DNA of 63,936 bases, filler included, from Saprolegnia diclina VS20 (Eukaryota), in NCBI RefSeq assembly GCF_000281045.1. It is 6 parts of 2 records of this genome, joined end to end, with 100 filler letters (N's around TTAATTAATTAA, not from the genome) between each part and the next. Parts side by side here need not be neighbours in the genome. Positions count along the whole stretch, not along the records: positions 51,576 to 62,764 come from NW_008246115.1; positions 62,865 to 63,936 come from NW_008246115.1; 4 more parts are not named here. The stretch is one strand, 5' to 3'. Positions 59,072 through 63,936 of the stretch are shown one piece after another (the stretch's first letter is position 1; every line of letters begins with the position of its first letter). The notes under the pieces are model-generated. The model was not told where the DNA came from. It saw only the letters and a program-made list of their open reading frames with translations, and did no database searches. The position numbers and the translations under genes were made by a program.

Positions 59072-60841
59072 TTAAGGCGTCGTTGCCGCGTCGGTCGTCG
59101 TTTGCTCAAAGACGTCCCAGATGTTGCCGTTGACAAAGTTGTTGTCGACGATCGAGACGAGGAAGAACGTGTCGTGGACCTCCTTGAGGAGACCGTACGA
59201 GGTCGAGTCGGGGGCGTAGAGCGACGCCCACATCGAGAGCCAGAGGCTAAACGCCTCGTCCTTCCAGGCCATGAACGAGTCCGTGTCGACGATCGTCGGC
59301 TGCAAAATCTCCTTGTTCGGGAATGAGCCCCACGTGACGGCGGTCGTGCCCTTGCCGACGTTCGAGTACGAGTTGCCGTGCACGTCGACCGCGTGGTACT
59401 GGACCCACTTGAGCTTCGAGACCTTCTCGATGATGTGCTTGAGGTTGGCCGGCGACACAAAGCACTCGACGTACGCCTTTTGGTAGACGCGGCCGCCCGG
59501 CCCGCCCCAGCCAAACATCGGGTCGTCCGACGGCGCCGCGTTCACGCGCGGCTGCGAGTTGATGGTGAGGAAGCCGGCGCGGTTGAGGCCCGCGAGCAGC
59601 TCTTGGATCGACTTGGTCTCGAGGTGCAGCGGCGTGTCGCACCACGGCAGACTCTTGAGCGCGCCCATGCAGTAGCGCGTAAACGTCTCGTAAATGTCGT
59701 CGAGCGACGTCAGCGCGTCCCCCCACATGGCCTTGCGGTCCGCGACCGAATGCGTCGCGTGCATGTAGTGCGACTCGCTGAGGTCGCCAAACGCCGGCGA
59801 CTCGGACGCGCCCCAGCGGCCGTTGGGGAACTCGTCCCAGCTCGACGTGCGGTCGAGGTAGCTCTTCGGACGGTTGGCCCAGAAAATCGGGCGCACCGAC
59901 TCGGACACGCGCTTGATCATGGTCGACGGCCGCCACGGCAGCTCGCGGCGCGCCGACGAGATCAGATCGAGGCCCTCCAGGATCAGTCGCGTCGAGCGCT
60001 CGAGGTTGAGCGTGTACATGTGGAGGCCGGCGACGCCGGCTTCGAGGAGCTCCTTGCACATTTGGATGCCGAGCGTGACGCCATAGTCCTTGACCGCCTC
60101 GTCGTTGTCCTTGATGGGCGCGAGTGCTTCGTGGATCGCGGCCGGGATCGTCTTGCAGCACATGGCGCTCATGCGCGTGAACCCGAGGTAGCTCTGGATG
60201 GGCATGATGCCCGGCAGAATCGGACACGTGATGCCAATCGCCCGACACCGCTCGACGAAACCGAGAAAGATCTTGGCGTCGTAAAAGAGCTGCGAGACGA
60301 TAAAGTCGGCGCCCGCGTCGACCTTTTCCTTGAGGTAGCGCAGGTCCTGCTCGAGGTCGGTCGAGTCCGGGTGGCCCTCCGGGTACCCGGCGACCGCGAT
60401 GCAAAAGTAGTCGCCAAACTCTTGGCGAATGTACTTGACGAGGTCGAGCGCATACGAGAAGCCGCCGTCACACTCTTCAAACGTCGTCTTGCCGCGCGGC
60501 GGGTCGCCACGCAGCGCGAGGATGTTTTGGATCCCGGCGTCTTTCGCTGCGTCGAGCGCGTTCTTGATGCTGCCGCGGCTCATGTTGGTGCACGTGAGGT
60601 GCATGAGCATCTCGAGGCCCGAGAACTTTTGCACGTTGGCGCTGATCTCGAGCGTGAGCTTGTCCGTGGAGCCGCCGGCGCCCCACGTCATATCGCAGAA
60701 GAGCGGGTCCATCTGCGCCATGCAGTCGATGCGCGAGTAGAGGTTCGTCACGCCGGCCTGCGTCTTGGGCGGGAAGTACTCGAACGAGTAGAACGTCTCG
60801 TCCTTCTCGAGCTTGGCACGGATCTTGTCGATGATCTTCAT
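59072..60841 (-). CDS. MTHFR: Methylenetetrahydrofolate reductase (catalytic plus regulatory domain)
   Basis: SFEYFPPKT, TWGAGGS, MHLTCTN, LALRGDPP, VAGYPEGH, KVDAGADFIVSQLFYD, WDEFPNGRWG and TINSQP motifs. ATG at 60841. Confidence 0.97.
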   Translation of the reverse strand: MKIIDKIRAKLEKDETFYSFEYFPPKTQAGVTNLYSRIDCMAQMDPLFCDMTWGAGGSTDKLTLEISANVQKFSGLEMLMHLTCTNMSRGSIKNALDAAKDAGIQNILALRGDPPRGKTTFEECDGGFSYALDLVKYIRQEFGDYFCIAVAGYPEGHPDSTDLEQDLRYLKEKVDAGADFIVSQLFYDAKIFLGFVERCRAIGITCPILPGIMPIQSYLGFTRMSAMCCKTIPAAIHEALAPIKDNDEAVKDYGVTLGIQMCKELLEAGVAGLHMYTLNLERSTRLILEGLDLISSARRELPWRPSTMIKRVSESVRPIFWANRPKSYLDRTSSWDEFPNGRWGASESPAFGDLSESHYMHATHSVADRKAMWGDALTSLDDIYETFTRYCMGALKSLPWCDTPLHLETKSIQELLAGLNRAGFLTINSQPRVNAAPSDDPMFGWGGPGGRVYQKAYVECFVSPANLKHIIEKVSKLKWVQYHAVDVHGNSYSNVGKGTTAVTWGSFPNKEILQPTIVDTDSFMAWKDEAFSLWLSMWASLYAPDSTSYGLLKEVHDTFFLVSIVDNNFVNGNIWDVFEQTTTDAATTP

Positions 60842-60915
60842 GCTGCAAATTGCCAACTGGCCCAAAATTCGAACTCGGTGCGCTAAGATCGCAATGATTG
60901 CGCATATGTCGGCCT

Positions 60916-61146
60916 CTTGCGTTTTGTATGCTTGGCAATCGGCATACAAACATCAAGGTGCTTTGAAACGCCTGTCGACCATACAAACCCCAAGTGGACT
61001 CGCCGTCACTCGACCGCCATACATTGGCCCAGAGAAGGTTCCCCGTCGGGTGACATACAAAAAACGAGATAAAACGGTCACCCCATACAAACACCAAGGG
61101 AAATTCCGCGCCCAGCTGGGATGCAACACCCATACAAAACGCAAGT
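60916..61146. promoter_or_regulatory. Array of CATACAAA motifs bounded by a 15-bp inverted repeat, upstream of MTHFR
   Basis: CTTGCGTTTTGTATG at 60916-30 and CATACAAAACGCAAG at 61131-45. Direct copies at 60943, 60980, 61018 (variant), 61054 and 61084. Confidence 0.55.
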
Positions 61147-61948
61147 CAGTAGGAAGCAGATGGGCCCGCCAGGAGGCACGGTAAACCACGCGTGTCGTAC
61201 GTACGGCGACGAATGTACGCCAAGTGGACGACTTTATATTTGATGTTTGTATTGAAATGGTATGCAGTGTACAATGAATGTACGCAAAAGATCGCAACTT
61301 TGGCTGCTTTTGGGCGGGCGACAATCATGTTGAACTTGGTCAAAGTGTTGGCGACGATGTTTGATGGGACAGAAACAAGCGAGTGGTGTTTGGGCATTGC
61401 AATTCCTGTGGTCCTTGGCGGTAAGCTGCAGAGGCGTTCTTGTTGCCGTTGTGTTGTGCTACACCACGGCGCCGCGATTGGTGGCAAGAGAGTGGGAGTG
61501 CACGCTGGCGTGACGTGGCAATGTGTGACTCGCGGTGACAAAAACGCGTTTTTAGTTGGATTTCGACTGGCTAAAGTACCATGGACAAAGCAAGAGCCCC
61601 TCTGCAGGCACCAACATGATGCTGGATGCAATCACTCAGCCACGCTTCTGAGGTGTGAGGGCGACATGCTGAACTCGGGTCGGCTTGGCCCTCTCTGGCG
61701 CAACCTGTCGACTTTGCACTTCACAGAACCCATACTTGATTGCAAGGAAGCCGGCAGTGTTTGAGTGCGTCGAGGGAAGACCCGATCAACAGAGCTACAT
61801 TACTACGTGCTAACAGCAACTATACCGTCGTGCGAGTTTCCTGTCTTGCTCGAACTCGTCCTCATGGGAACATGGTACTACCCCTGCTCGTACTATGACA
61901 TATAGTGTGGACTACTGGACCCACGACATTATATCATGTTCTTATTGT

Positions 61949-62764
61949 TCATGGCACAACATCTCCACTAACGCTATCCGTTGCCGCACGTTCTGCGTCG
62001 CACAAGGCTCCATACATCAAATCGTCTTCTTCGTCGACCGAGTCCCGAGAACATTGGAGGAAACAGAGCACCGAGGCAAGGACGAAGCTCACCACGCCCA
62101 GCGCCACCGCCGTGGCCGCCAGCGCATTCGCATCACGTTGGACCTTGGCGGGAAAGGTCGTGTGGTAGCATACGTCCGCGAACGTCGTGTCGAATCTCGG
62201 CTTCATCATAGCGTACCGGCACGCGGGGCTCAGCTCCGGGTAGATCTTTTGACTGCGGTAAAAGATGCAAAACGTCGAGAGACCATCGACCCACGTATTG
62301 CGTACGCAGTTGTCGTCGATCCAGTCGCCAAGCGCAGACGTCTCGCGCGTCCGTTGGCAGCCTTCGCAGAGCGCGCTCAAAGTTGGCTCGGCCGCCAACA
62401 CAATTGACGTCACGTGGCCGCAAAAATCGGTCAGCGTTGACGAGTTGGTCATCGGGACGTCAAAGAAGGTTGCGTGAAGCGAGGCGCTCGCAATCCGGCT
62501 GCTTGTGCTGTACGTCGCATTGATGAGCCCGAACCGGAGGACGGCGCGCATCGGGAAGCTGTCACAGTAGACGTGACCGCGCTTGGCGCAATACGCTTCG
62601 TCAAAGCGCTGCTTGAGTGCCATGTCATTGTCGGGTGAGAGGCAGTTGAGATCCTCGAGTGGCGCTGTCCAGCCAAAGTTCGGATATGGGTAGTAAGCGC
62701 CGCTGCGTTTGCCTCGTTCCAGGAAGCCCTCGTCTTCAGGCGTAAGCTCCGTGACGAGATCTGG
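61949..62764 (-). CDS. Partial membrane protein with Cys-rich loop and C-terminal TM (possibly tetraspanin-like)
   Basis: Frame is open from the gap edge. YCAKRGHVYCDSFP and other Cys motifs, TM ALAATAVALGVVSFVLASVLCFL, acidic tail. Confidence 0.6.
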   Translation of the reverse strand, partial: PDLVTELTPEDEGFLERGKRSGAYYPYPNFGWTAPLEDLNCLSPDNDMALKQRFDEAYCAKRGHVYCDSFPMRAVLRFGLINATYSTSSRIASASLHATFFDVPMTNSSTLTDFCGHVTSIVLAAEPTLSALCEGCQRTRETSALGDWIDDNCVRNTWVDGLSTFCIFYRSQKIYPELSPACRYAMMKPRFDTTFADVCYHTTFPAKVQRDANALAATAVALGVVSFVLASVLCFLQCSRDSVDEEDDLMYGALCDAERAATDSVSGDVVP

Positions 62765-62865
62765 NNNNNNNNNNNNNNNNNNNNNNNNNNNNNNNNNNNN
62801 NNNNNNNNTTAATTAATTAANNNNNNNNNNNNNNNNNNNNNNNNNNNNNNNNNNNNNNNNNNNNT

Positions 62866-63936
62866 GTACCACTTGGCGGGCTCGGCTTCGAGCATGTCAC
62901 GGTCAGCGGTCGTCGTCAAGTGCTCGTAGATTTCGTTGTACGTCAAGTTCTTCTTGACCGACTTCATCAAGGCAATGACACCGGCAACATGCGGCGCAGC
63001 CATCGACGTACCGGCAAAATCGGCGGTGGAATGGTCACTCTGGTTAGTCGCCGAGAGAGTGTAATAGCCGGGGGCCGAGATTGTCGGCTTGATAACCGTA
63101 TGCCGGACGCCGCTCTTGTCTCGGTACAAGGCGGGACCCTTGGACGAAAAGTACGCGAGCTTGGTGCGTTCGTTGCTGGCGGAACCAATGGCGCCGACCG
63201 AGATGACGTTCGGATAGCCGCCGGGGTTGCCCGTCGTTGCGCAGGCGGGGCCGTTGTTGCCGTTGGAGACGACCGGAATGATACCGGCCTTATGAAGGGC
63301 AGCGACTGCATCTTCGTAGATCGGGTCGTACCACTTGCTACCCCACGAGTTGTTAACGACGTGGGCACCCTTGGAGCAATCGGGGTCTGTGCCGTCCGGC
63401 AGCGTCGGGCAGATCATAAATTGAAGGCACTCGAGCAGCGCCCAAGACGAGCCTGTTTTCCCGCTCAGACCGCGGCACGAGATCCACTGCGCACCGGGAG
63501 CGACGCCGAACCCGTTCTTGCCCGTCATCGTGCCGATCGTGTGCGTACCGTGGCCATTCAAGTCCACGGGTAGTGCCGAGTTGTCGTAGGGGTCGTACCA
63601 ACCATGATCGGCCCGCCACGAGTCCTTGATAAGCTCGTGCGTGTGACGGGCGCCCGTGTCGATCGAACCAATGATGACGCCCGAGCCGTTGGTCGTCTTC
63701 CAGACTTCCGGCGCACCGACCGTCTGCACACCCCACTGGGGGTTAGGCTCATTCGCGGCGGTGGTTTCCGAGACCGCCTGTGTGAGCACGGGGTCGAGCG
63801 AAATCTCCGGCAGGTGCTCGATCGTCTTGATACCGCGGTGCTGCGCGAGCTTGTCGACGGTGGCTTGGTCGGCCGCCTTGATGAACGTACCGGGCACGAT
63901 CCAAAGCGTCTTGGTTTCAAGACCCTTGGTGACATC
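62866..63936 (-). CDS. Subtilisin-like serine protease (family S8), partial at both ends
   Basis: Catalytic motifs IDTG, HGTHTIGT and GTSMAAPHVAG, plus NNSWG and SNGN. Confidence 0.95.

Noticed and set aside
60943..61145. CRISPR-like repeat-spacer appearance
   Set aside because: The repeat is only ~8 bp, spacing is irregular, no cas genes are present and the context is eukaryotic.
61192..61764. 190-aa + strand ORF upstream of MTHFR
   Set aside because: No recognisable motifs and atypical codon usage.

Overview
Eukaryotic draft-scaffold window, most likely from a Saprolegniales-type oomycete (inferred from GC-rich codon usage, many ~40-60 nt GT..AG introns, INR/FPR-like starts and the gene families present). 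It has several N gaps, five carrying an artificial TTAATTAATTAA linker, so adjacency across those joins is not guaranteed. Recognisable genes: a GGG/CxxxxC zinc-finger repeat (WRKY19-like) protein, two intronless NADPH-dependent FMN reductase paralogs, an apparently single ~15 kb multi-exon gene (Tudor array, PUB, EF-hand, propeller-like and pseudokinase-like parts), a frameshifted LRR gene, NOG1, an intron-rich ankyrin gene, a TBC+TLDc gene, a head-to-head pair of L-type lectins, MED13, MTHFR, a partial membrane protein and a partial subtilisin. Mobile DNA: a 1.6 kb TIR element with a 6-bp TSD, LINE remnants, and an ~8 kb nested cluster made of a Helitron split by a PIF/Harbinger-type element with an AAT TSD, a 106-bp minisatellite, and a hAT remnant carrying a 67-bp hairpin. 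All calls come from reading the sequence; no database searches were run.
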